Source: an uncultured Gemmatimonadaceae bacterium (GTDB lineage: Bacteria > Gemmatimonadota > Gemmatimonadetes > Gemmatimonadales > Gemmatimonadaceae). From it: 64,000 nucleotides of DNA. Made by a program: the position numbers and the translations under genes. The stretch's first letter is position 1. Each line of letters opens with the position of its first letter. The notes below the pieces were generated by a model, which saw nothing but the letters and a program-made list of their open reading frames with translations, was not told where the DNA came from and did no database searches. Shown piece by piece: positions 53,353-61,298 of the stretch. The stretch is taken from the NCBI GenBank assembly GCA_963817955.1, contig CAWFQK010000002.1, positions 192,001 to 256,000 of the forward strand, read 5' to 3'.

Positions 53353-54927
53353 TCAACGAGCGCCGTGCTTCTTCGCGGCGCCCGTTTTCTTTGTCCGGGC
53401 AGTCGTTGTGGCAATGGTCTTACTTGACCGCTTTCCCACCACCAACGACTGGCCGGAGAAGATCAGCGCGCGGCGCAGCCCATTCGCCTTCATCAGCGAA
53501 GCCGTCGTCGTATGGTACTTCTTTGCAATGCCGCTCAGCGTCTCTCCGGACTTCACGATGTGCGTCGTGGCGGCATGCGAGCTCGAGTAACGCTCGATGG
53601 ACGGATCGGGGACGGACGCAGCCGCGGTCGCAACAGCGAGTGTGGGCACCACCACTGACTGACCGGCGGCGAGATTGCCGCTCTTCAACACGCGTAGTTT
53701 GGGGTTGTACCGCGCGAGCTGTCGTGCGGTAATGCCGTCGTGTCGCCCTATCGTGGCGAGGCTCTGCCCCTTCTGGGACTCCACGGTGTGGAGTCCCACT
53801 CGCTCGCTCTTCGGCAGGTCGGCGAACGCCAGCGGAAAGCTGTCCGCCATCCCTTCAGGAATGCGGATGAAGAACGAGTCCTTTGGCGGCGTGACCCCGC
53901 GCAGCACGTGCGGATTCAGTTCCTGGATCTCCGATACCTTGGCACGCGCCGCATGTGCCACGGCAGCCAGAGGTGTTGACGGGCCGACTCGCACCGAGTC
54001 GTAGCGAAATGGCGATTCCGGACGCACGGTCATGCCGTACCGGCCAGGCTCCTTGGCGATGAGCGCGACGGCGATCAGTTGCGGTACGTACTCCCGAGTC
54101 TCATTTCGCAAATAGTCCTTCTCGGCGAGTGCGAAAAACAGATCGTCCCCCGTGGTGCCTTCCAGGTCATCGGCATAGCGCGACAGTCCGCGCGCCACAC
54201 GCCCGGGTCCGCCATTGTACGCCGCCGCCGCCAGATACAGCGACCCGAATTGCTCCCGCAGACCCTTGATGAAGCGAACGGCGGCAACGGTGGAACGCAT
54301 CGGATCTCGCCGTTCGTCAACCCACCAGTCGACGCGCATGCCCATGTCGCGCGCGGTCGACGTCATGAACTGCCACATGCCGACGGCGGCCGCACGCGAG
54401 TACGCGTTCGGGTCAAATCCGCTCTCGATGAGAGCCAGATAGTACATGTCCTCCGGTAGGCCACCTTCGCGCATCTTGGTCCGGATCATCGGCTCGAACC
54501 GTGTTCCACGCTCGAGTTGTTCGGTAATCCGCTCCTTCGCCACGCCGCTGAACACGTGGACGTAGTGCTCCACCCGGTCGGTGGACTCGTACGATCGGAC
54601 CTCGATGTCCCACGACGGCGTGTCGACCGCCGAATCCGCGATCGCCGGAGCATTCACTCCCTTGTCTTCGCCAAAGACCTCGACCGCGCGCCGCGTGATG
54701 TCGGTGGAGGTCACGTGGACGGAGTCGGCCATTGGCGCCACCGCGACAGCCGCTGGATCCGGAGCCCGAGCAGACAAGGGGACAACCGGAGTCCCTTCCT
54801 GCACTACGGTGGCTGGAGCTGACGAAACGGCTGGGACCAGAACGGGTTGTGGAACCCCGGGCTGCTGCCGGACGCAGGCCGCAGCAAATACGATGGCCGC
54901 AACAGCCGGCAATGTGCGCTTCGTCAC
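53353..54927 (-). CDS. MltD-like lytic transglycosylase with LysM domains, lipoprotein
   Basis: FAAAC lipobox; IESGF, AVGMWQFM, AAYNGG, ETREYVP; C-terminal LysM HIVKSGETLSGIAKKY. Confidence 0.9.
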   Translation of the reverse strand: MTKRTLPAVAAIVFAAACVRQQPGVPQPVLVPAVSSAPATVVQEGTPVVPLSARAPDPAAVAVAPMADSVHVTSTDITRRAVEVFGEDKGVNAPAIADSAVDTPSWDIEVRSYESTDRVEHYVHVFSGVAKERITEQLERGTRFEPMIRTKMREGGLPEDMYYLALIESGFDPNAYSRAAAVGMWQFMTSTARDMGMRVDWWVDERRDPMRSTVAAVRFIKGLREQFGSLYLAAAAYNGGPGRVARGLSRYADDLEGTTGDDLFFALAEKDYLRNETREYVPQLIAVALIAKEPGRYGMTVRPESPFRYDSVRVGPSTPLAAVAHAARAKVSEIQELNPHVLRGVTPPKDSFFIRIPEGMADSFPLAFADLPKSERVGLHTVESQKGQSLATIGRHDGITARQLARYNPKLRVLKSGNLAAGQSVVVPTLAVATAAASVPDPSIERYSSSHAATTHIVKSGETLSGIAKKYHTTTASLMKANGLRRALIFSGQSLVVGKRSSKTIATTTARTKKTGAAKKHGAR

Positions 54928-54951
54928 TACGCTCCCTCCCTGAAAACGACA

Positions 54952-54976
54952 ATCGCCGCCCTGCGAGGGCGGCGAT
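54952..54976 (-). terminator. Hairpin terminator after the 55041-55502 gene
   Basis: ATCGCCGCCCT-GCG-AGGGCGGCGAT; minus strand continues TGTCGTTTT. Confidence 0.6.
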
Positions 54977-55040
54977 CAACAAGCCCGACGATGAGCGACG
55001 CGACATCAACTCCCGCCTCGCATCATCTGTCGCCTATCAC

Positions 55041-55502
55041 CTATCGCATCGCAACGTAATTACCCAGCACGCGATTTGTCGCGTTCAGCACAGCCATCGC
55101 CGCGCCCCGACGCGTGTCGGTCTCCGCCAGATAGCATCCCACCAGCCGGGTCAACTGCGCGTCCTCGCGCAGAGTAACCGACACAATGAGCAGGTTCGCG
55201 TCGAACGCGCGGACATGTTTCACAGCAAGGAGCTCGAAATGCATGGCACCCCTGGCGAAGTTCTCGAGTGCACGGAGCGCCGCTTCGGCCGCCACGCGGA
55301 AGTCGCCCAACGGGCTGGACTGCCCGGATGCGGAACCGGTGTACACACTTGCATCCCACTCCAGCGAGACCGCCGCCGAGCACTGCCCGGCGGGGCTTCG
55401 CGTGAAGCTGAAGTCCGCGAACTTGAGACGTTCACGCCGCGCAGTCAACGGGAGGACGGCGGTGGCGCTGGATGCAACTGGTTCTTGCAGGGAAAGCGAC
55501 AT
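55041..55502 (-). CDS. Conserved hypothetical protein
   Basis: GAGG RBS; alpha/beta pattern ending AAMAVLNATNR. Confidence 0.65.
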   Translation of the reverse strand: MSLSLQEPVASSATAVLPLTARRERLKFADFSFTRSPAGQCSAAVSLEWDASVYTGSASGQSSPLGDFRVAAEAALRALENFARGAMHFELLAVKHVRAFDANLLIVSVTLREDAQLTRLVGCYLAETDTRRGAAMAVLNATNRVLGNYVAMR

Positions 55503-55760
55503 GGTGAGCCTCTAAGAAAGGCGAAACCAGGAGCCGCATCGCCCCGCTGCTAAACGAGTGAATTATGCCGAACGCAACAAGGATCTGCTTGTAACGCGCG
55601 TCACGGGATCTAATATTCGCCCGAATGAGACTCCCCATGATCGCTTTCGGGGTTGCGGTCGCCCTGTCCAATGCCGCATTGCCCAGGTTAATGGGGCAAT
55701 CGTCGGTGTTGCATTTCGGGATCTGGAAACTCGCGATATGCTCTATCTGACGGAGCGGTC

Positions 55761-56213
55761 ATGATCATTGCTATAGGTACCGACCACGCCGGCTTCACGC
55801 TCAAGAGCACGATCGTGGAATCGGTGCGCAACGCCGGCCACGAGGTGCTCGACTGCGGCGCGTTCGAGCTGACACCGGATGACGACTACCCCGATTTCGC
55901 CTTTGCCGTGGCCCATGCGCTACTCGAAGCGCGCGCCCACCGCGGCATTCTCATTTGCGGCAGCGGGGTGGGCGCGTCGGTCGCCGCGAACAAGTTCACC
56001 GGCATCCGGTCGGGGCTCTGCCACGACACGTTCTCGGCCCACCAGGGTGTGGAGGACGACGCGATGAACGTGCTCACCATCGGTGCGCGCGTGATCGGAC
56101 CGTCGCTCGCCACCGAGCTTGTCGGTGCGTTTCTGCGCGCCGAGTTCTCCGGCGCCACGCGGCATTTACGGCGACTGGAGAAGGTCAGCGGATTCGAGAA
56201 GCGGCGCTCGTAA
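55761..56213 (+). CDS. rpiB: Ribose 5-phosphate isomerase B
   Basis: IGTDHAG, DDYPD, ICGSGVG...ANK, NVLTIGAR, RHLRRL. Confidence 0.93.
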   Translation: MIIAIGTDHAGFTLKSTIVESVRNAGHEVLDCGAFELTPDDDYPDFAFAVAHALLEARAHRGILICGSGVGASVAANKFTGIRSGLCHDTFSAHQGVEDDAMNVLTIGARVIGPSLATELVGAFLRAEFSGATRHLRRLEKVSGFEKRRS

Positions 56214-56264
56214 ACAACAGCGAGCCAAGTAGCCGTGCGGCCAGTTTCCGCCGAGATTGCAGGC

Positions 56265-56690
56265 ATGACCACTTCGGACTCTATCCCGTTCCTCGCGCAG
56301 CTTCAAAAGCTGGACGATCGCGGTCTCGCCGACACGCTCGGAATCGACGTGCTCGAGCTCACGCCGTCGCGCGTTGTCGCGACCATGCCCGTGAATGATC
56401 GCACGCGGCAGCCGGTGGGGATTCTCCACGGCGGCGCGTCGGTGGCGCTGGCCGAAACTGTCGCCTCACTCGGCGCGGCAGCGAACCTCGATCGCGGCAA
56501 ATTCGTGGCGATCGGACTGGAGATCAACGCCAACCATCTCCGCGCAAAATCAGACGGGATCGTCACGGCCACCGCAACACCAATCTTCGTCGGTCGCACC
56601 ACGCACGTCTGGGATGTGCGGATCAATGATGAGGAAGGCCGCCCAGTATGCGTCTCGCGCTGCACGGTGGTGGTACGGCCGAAGCGTTAA
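56265..56690 (+). CDS. PaaI/MenI hotdog-fold thioesterase
   Basis: RTRQPVGILHGGASVALAET, GLEINANHLR. Confidence 0.9.
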   Translation: MTTSDSIPFLAQLQKLDDRGLADTLGIDVLELTPSRVVATMPVNDRTRQPVGILHGGASVALAETVASLGAAANLDRGKFVAIGLEINANHLRAKSDGIVTATATPIFVGRTTHVWDVRINDEEGRPVCVSRCTVVVRPKR

Positions 56691-56709
56691 ATGTCCCGTG
56701 TCCCCCCTG

Positions 56710-57033
56710 TCACGTGTCCCCGCTCCGGCACCACTCGGCTACGCGCGTTCGAACCTGGGCCCATCGTGGTTGGCCGGATACGATCGAGCGCGTGTCGAGT
56801 CCACGCAAGCGCACCACGTCCTCGACGAGCCGATAGAATAGCGCGGTAATTTCGTCTTGCGCCAACCCGCGTTGGCGCAGCTCGGCGGCAGCGACGAGCA
56901 CGGCACGACGTAGCGTCGGCATCGCGCGCGTGGGGCTGAGCACAGCCTGTGCGACCGCCCGGTCGAGCCGTGTCTTGAGCCGCGCGGTGAACGGCGCGGC
57001 AATCTCCACCACTCCGTACGGTCGGGCAGTCAT
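56710..57033 (-). CDS. Hypothetical small helical protein
   Basis: ORF from ATG 57033 in the same orientation as its neighbours; no recognised motif. Confidence 0.45.
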   Translation of the reverse strand: MTARPYGVVEIAAPFTARLKTRLDRAVAQAVLSPTRAMPTLRRAVLVAAAELRQRGLAQDEITALFYRLVEDVVRLRGLDTRSIVSGQPRWAQVRTRVAEWCRSGDT

Positions 57034-57052
57034 CGCGGGTCGGGCGCGCGAC

Positions 57053-57376
57053 TCAGCGCCGCAGCATGGCCGCGGCTTCCCACCGCACCGCAGGCGAATC
57101 GCGGTGCCGCTGGACAAACGCGGCGGCTTCGTAGTTTCGCGCGGCCAGGACTTGCCCGCGCAGCCGATGCGCGTTGCGCGTCAGGCGCGGCAGCACGATT
57201 GCCGATGCTTCCGACAGGCGAAGCTGCTCGGATAGCGTGAGTCGCAGGGTTCCAATCCGTGCCGCGTCCGCGCGTTCAACGGGCACACCGGCGGCATGAA
57301 TGGCGGCACCGAACACCGCCGGCGATTCTCGGTGGAGTTCGTTGAGCAAACGACCAACGGTCGTGATTTGCGCCAT
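57053..57376 (-). CDS. Hypothetical protein
   Basis: MAQITTVGRLL...; fills the gap between co-oriented genes; no recognised motif. Confidence 0.45.
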   Translation of the reverse strand: MAQITTVGRLLNELHRESPAVFGAAIHAAGVPVERADAARIGTLRLTLSEQLRLSEASAIVLPRLTRNAHRLRGQVLAARNYEAAAFVQRHRDSPAVRWEAAAMLRR

Positions 57377-57490
57377 GAGTCTGCGTCCGGGTGTCGGCGT
57401 GAGGGCGCTGCAACCAGCGCTCACGAACGAACCTAGGCGGTTGCAAGACACGTTCCGACTGCGTTCACTGCAACTCAGCCGTGACGCGAC

Positions 57491-58093
57491 TCAGAGCGGA
57501 GACGGACCCCGCCAGTTGAGCACACCGAATTTCGGTGCCCTCTCGTTCAGCTCGAGCGTAGTCACCGATGCTGGCGACACGTCAAAGCGCAGCAGATCGT
57601 CGAGCCCAACATTGAGTCCCCAGCAGACGATCGATCGAAGAACGTCACCGTGAGAACACACCACCACGCGCCCACTCGGGTGCGCGCTCTGAATGACGCG
57701 GAGCGCAGCGACTGCCCGATCCTGGACTTCCCCAATGATCTCGCCGCCTGGTATTCGCGTCGCGCTCCGCCGGGTGCGAAACTGCGTCCACCTAGGATCC
57801 TGCTCCAATTCGACGAACGTCTTCCCTGTCCACTCGCCGAAATCGAGCTCGATCAGCGCCGGCACTTGGCACACGTCGAGGCCGAGACTGGCGGCGAGCG
57901 GTGCCACAGTCTCCAGCGTTCGCTCCAGAGGACTCGAATAGATCGCGTCTGGCGCCAGCGGCGCGAGCCATTCGGCAAGCCGCTTGGCTTGTCGCACGCC
58001 TTCCGTATTGAGACGAACCCCGGGCGAACGACCGGCGAGGTACCGACCAATCGGATCACACGCGCCGTGGCGCATCAACAAGAAGGTGGTCAT
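57491..58093 (-). CDS. Histidine phosphatase (phosphoglycerate mutase family)
   Basis: LMRHG, SSPLERT, ELDFGEW, PGGE, VCSHGD. Confidence 0.92.
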   Translation of the reverse strand: MTTFLLMRHGACDPIGRYLAGRSPGVRLNTEGVRQAKRLAEWLAPLAPDAIYSSPLERTLETVAPLAASLGLDVCQVPALIELDFGEWTGKTFVELEQDPRWTQFRTRRSATRIPGGEIIGEVQDRAVAALRVIQSAHPSGRVVVCSHGDVLRSIVCWGLNVGLDDLLRFDVSPASVTTLELNERAPKFGVLNWRGPSPL

Positions 58094-58111
58094 GGACTGA
58101 AACTAGCGCGC

Positions 58112-58444
58112 TCAGCGGGCGCTCAGCGTCTTCCGCCTGGCAGCCGACTCTTGCTCCAGACGGCCGCACATGATGTCGCACAGCCGGAATACGTCCTTTC
58201 CAGCCAGCGTGTAATACACGAAGAGTCCCTCTTTGCGGCGATCGACGAACCCCGCTGAAAAGAGGAACTGGAGGTGCTTGGACGCATTGGCCTGCCCAAG
58301 ACCGGTCGAATCGACCACGTCGGTGACCGTCATCTCGCCATCGCGCAGCGCGCTGAGAATCTGGAGCCGCGCCGGCTCAGAGAGCGCCTTGAATCGCTCG
58401 GCGACCAACCCCAGCACATCGGGCGTCAACTTGGCGTGCGTCAC
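58112..58444 (-). CDS. ArsR/SmtB family regulator with C-terminal CxxxC
   Basis: FKALSEPARLQIL, QANASKHL, RRKEGLFVYY, LCDIMC; GGAGA RBS before GTG. Confidence 0.9.
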   Translation of the reverse strand: MTHAKLTPDVLGLVAERFKALSEPARLQILSALRDGEMTVTDVVDSTGLGQANASKHLQFLFSAGFVDRRKEGLFVYYTLAGKDVFRLCDIMCGRLEQESAARRKTLSAR

Positions 58445-58508
58445 GTTCGCGTCTCCCAGGAGAGTACTGTATGCCAATATAGTCGGACTACATGCCTTCA
58501 TACGGCAA

Positions 58509-58538
58509 CCGTGTCCCGTGTCCCGTGTCTGGTGTCCC
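58509..58538 (-). repeat. GGGACAC heptamer tandem (about 4 copies) directly after the osmC-like stop codon
   Basis: Minus strand TAA-GGGACAC-CAGACAC-GGGACAC-GGGACAC. Confidence 0.8.
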
Positions 58539-58979
58539 TTAGACGCCAGCCCCCGTCCCCACCGGCGCCTCGATCAGCACCGCGACCTCCGCTCCGCGCG
58601 ACAAGGTGTTGTGAGCCGGGCAACTGCGGGCGACGCTCTCGAGCATGCTCACATAGTGCTCGGGTACGCCCAGCGGTAGAATGACGCGCGCGACGAATTT
58701 CCCGATCCGGTGCGGATTGGCCGCGCCTACCGTTTCGACCTCTACGCGCAAGCCCGCGTGCGACAGTCCACGCGCCACGCAGAACTGCTGCACGTAGAGC
58801 GCGATACATGTGCCGAGCGATGCGCCGAGCAGTTCGATCGGTGACGGACCGGCGTCGCCGCCGCCGGCGCGTACTGGCTGATCGACGATGAGTTGGTGCG
58901 ACCCCACCTGGGCGGCGAACCGCACCCCCTCCTGATGCGTCACAACGATTGGAGCGCGAACACGTGGTGTAGTCATCAT
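58539..58979 (-). CDS. OsmC/YhfA family protein
   Basis: DQP..AGGGDAGPSPIELLGASLGTC ... RSCPAHNTL. Confidence 0.9.
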   Translation of the reverse strand: MMTTPRVRAPIVVTHQEGVRFAAQVGSHQLIVDQPVRAGGGDAGPSPIELLGASLGTCIALYVQQFCVARGLSHAGLRVEVETVGAANPHRIGKFVARVILPLGVPEHYVSMLESVARSCPAHNTLSRGAEVAVLIEAPVGTGAGV

Positions 58980-59110
58980 GCCCTCCGGGCAACGAATGAG
59001 CGTGGCACGAAGGAATCTATATGACTATACAGTTGAATACTAGCCGGAACTTCCCTTACGCCGCACCGGCGAACCCTGGGCCGGCGCGGCGCCGGAACAT
59101 GCAGCGCGCC

Positions 59111-60184
59111 TTACCGCGGCGCTGGTTTCTGCGGTTGCGCGATGTACTCCGCTGGGATGGCACCGGTCAACGTGCCGAGCCAGGTGTGAATGTCCCGCAC
59201 TTGCGTGCTCGTTAACTCGCGTCCCAGTTGATGGCGCGCCATGAGCAGGATGGCCGAATCGAGCGACGCGATCGACCCATCGTGCAGGTACGGTCCGGTC
59301 TTCTCGACGTTTCTCAACAACGCCACCTTGAACACGTAGAGATCCGCCGGCTGCCCCGTCACGCGGATGCGGCCACTGTCGGTGAGCGCCGGCCATGGCT
59401 TCACGAGTCCAAGCTTCTGGAACGTCTGTCCGCCAACGTAGGGGCCGGCGTGACAGGCCGTACAGCCCGTGCGAACGAACATCGTGAGCCCGCGCACCTC
59501 CTCTGGACTCAACGCCCCCTCTTTGCCACCGACGTAGGCATCCCAACGCGACGGCGTCACCAGTCCGCGCTCGAACGCGCCGATCGCGCGGCCGACATTA
59601 TCGTACGTGACCGGCTGCGCGTCGTTGGGGAACGCACGTCTGAAGGCAGCCTGGTACGTCGCCGACCCCCGCATGTGTGCGAGTACGGCTGCCGAATCCG
59701 GCATCGCCATCTCGGCCGGGTTGAGAATCGGGCCCTTCGCCTGCTCCTCGACCGTGGCGGCGCGGCCATCCCAGAATTGCGCGACCTGTCCCGCGGCATT
59801 GTACACCGTCGGCGCGTTGCGATTGCCGGCATGGCCGAGATCGCCAAAGCTCACCTTCCGACCGTCGGCCCCGTACCCGTTCAGCGGATGGCACGTGTTG
59901 CAGGAGACGTCGTGCCCATCCGACAACACCGTCTCGTGGTACAGCGTTCGTCCGAGCTCTATCTGCGCTGGTGTCGGCGCCGCGCCCGGTGCCGCCATGG
60001 TAGCCGGCAGTTTCGCGAACATCGCCAATTCGGGCGCGGTCAACGGCCGCGCGATGTCGGCGGCGCTCACTTCACCACTCGCGGTACCCTGTTGCGCCGC
60101 GCTCTGCCGTTCGCCCTGGTTCGCCCTTCCACACGCCGCGAACAACGCGGCCACGCCAAGCACCATGATCGCTGGATCTCTCAT
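59111..60184 (-). CDS. Di-haem cytochrome c peroxidase (CcpA/MauG family), lipoprotein
   Basis: CNTCH and CTACH haem motifs, RNAPTVYN, QFWDGRA, LRNVEKTGPYLHDG; GAGGAGGAG RBS. Confidence 0.92.
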   Translation of the reverse strand: MRDPAIMVLGVAALFAACGRANQGERQSAAQQGTASGEVSAADIARPLTAPELAMFAKLPATMAAPGAAPTPAQIELGRTLYHETVLSDGHDVSCNTCHPLNGYGADGRKVSFGDLGHAGNRNAPTVYNAAGQVAQFWDGRAATVEEQAKGPILNPAEMAMPDSAAVLAHMRGSATYQAAFRRAFPNDAQPVTYDNVGRAIGAFERGLVTPSRWDAYVGGKEGALSPEEVRGLTMFVRTGCTACHAGPYVGGQTFQKLGLVKPWPALTDSGRIRVTGQPADLYVFKVALLRNVEKTGPYLHDGSIASLDSAILLMARHQLGRELTSTQVRDIHTWLGTLTGAIPAEYIAQPQKPAPR

Positions 60185-60292
60185 TCGGCTCCTCCTCGTT
60201 GAGCCCAAACGATCACGCTCCGGCGAGCCGGTGCCTATCCGGCTTCCGCCCCCGCTGCGTGGGTGGAAGCCGGATGTCCCGTGTCCCGCGTC

Positions 60293-60712
60293 TCAGGTCG
60301 CGCCCTGATCGAGCGCCTGGAGCACCCGCACCATCCGCGCGCGTACGTCCTCGGCAATTGGCCGGATCGACTCGTTACCGGCCAACTGCAGAGCTTCCAC
60401 TGGATCCATCACCGCCACAATGCTGCGCGCCGGATCGTCATCCGCGTACACCACGACATTGCACGGAAGCAGCAACCCAATGTCGAGCTCGGCGCTCAAC
60501 GCGCGATGGGCGAGCGGCGGATTGCATGCGCCCAGAATGACGTATGGACGGAAATCGACACCGAGCTTCTTCTTCATCGTTGCCGCCATGTCGATCTCGC
60601 AGAGCACGCCGAATCCCTCGGCGGCAAGCGCCTCCTTCGTGCGAGCCGTCGCCGCCGCGTACGCCAGTGGAATGTTCGTGCTGAGGCCGTAGCGCGTCGT
60701 CTGTGAAATCAT
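60293..60712 (-). CDS. DUF302 domain protein
   Basis: GFGVLCEID, YVILGACNPPLA, IGLLLPCNVVV. Confidence 0.9.
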   Translation of the reverse strand: MISQTTRYGLSTNIPLAYAAATARTKEALAAEGFGVLCEIDMAATMKKKLGVDFRPYVILGACNPPLAHRALSAELDIGLLLPCNVVVYADDDPARSIVAVMDPVEALQLAGNESIRPIAEDVRARMVRVLQALDQGAT

Positions 60713-60790
60713 TTCAGTCTCCCGTTGCGCGTGGCGGTCAATCTACCATCTCGACTGGAACTGTCCGCCAGGGGTCTCACCACGCCACAC

Positions 60791-60991
60791 TCAGCGGCGC
60801 CGACACCCGAACGCGCCGAATCGTCCGAGCACGCGCTCGAGCGGGCACATATCCGTAAAACTGTATTGCAGCAGATTCGCCCCGACGAACGCCGTGAACA
60901 GCAGCCACGCCGGGTGGACCCACCAACCCAGCGCCAGCGACGCAAGGATGAACACGCCGGCGAAACGGCGAATGATGCGGTCATCGCACAT
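60791..60991 (-). CDS. DUF2892 (YgaP-like) small membrane protein
   Basis: IRRFAGVFIL...FTAFVGANLLQYSFTDMCP. Confidence 0.88.
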   Translation of the reverse strand: MCDDRIIRRFAGVFILASLALGWWVHPAWLLFTAFVGANLLQYSFTDMCPLERVLGRFGAFGCRRR

Positions 60992-61007
60992 TGGGATATC
61001 CTCGAGG

Positions 61008-61298
61008 TTAGAAGAACGTGTCTGTCGGGAGTACGGCAACGTGCAGCCGCTCGCCGGCGGGTAACCGTGCACTTTCGTCGCGGAGCGTGGTCACTAACTC
61101 GGCGGACTGCGCTTCCGGGGTCACGCTGATCCACAGCGTCGACTCGCCGGGCCAGGCGCGCGACCCATCACGTCGTCCGCTGCTGCCCACGCCGTGCGTA
61201 TTGCGGAATTCCGTGTAGCCACCGGCGTGATGCCGATCAAGCAGTGACGAAATCCGATGCGGCTGCGAGCCGCTGTACACCACCATCAGCATCTTCAT
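61008..61298 (-). CDS. P-II-like (PG0541-type) transporter-associated protein
   Basis: GYTEFRNTHGVGSSG...GSRAWPG; P-II-like size; immediately downstream of an RND gene. Confidence 0.7.
   Translation of the reverse strand: MKMLMVVYSGSQPHRISSLLDRHHAGGYTEFRNTHGVGSSGRRDGSRAWPGESTLWISVTPEAQSAELVTTLRDESARLPAGERLHVAVLPTDTFF

Noticed and set aside
55678..55700. Inverted repeat ATTGCCC-N9-GGGCAAT upstream of rpiB
   Set aside because: A single short occurrence with no cognate regulator nearby; not enough evidence to call.
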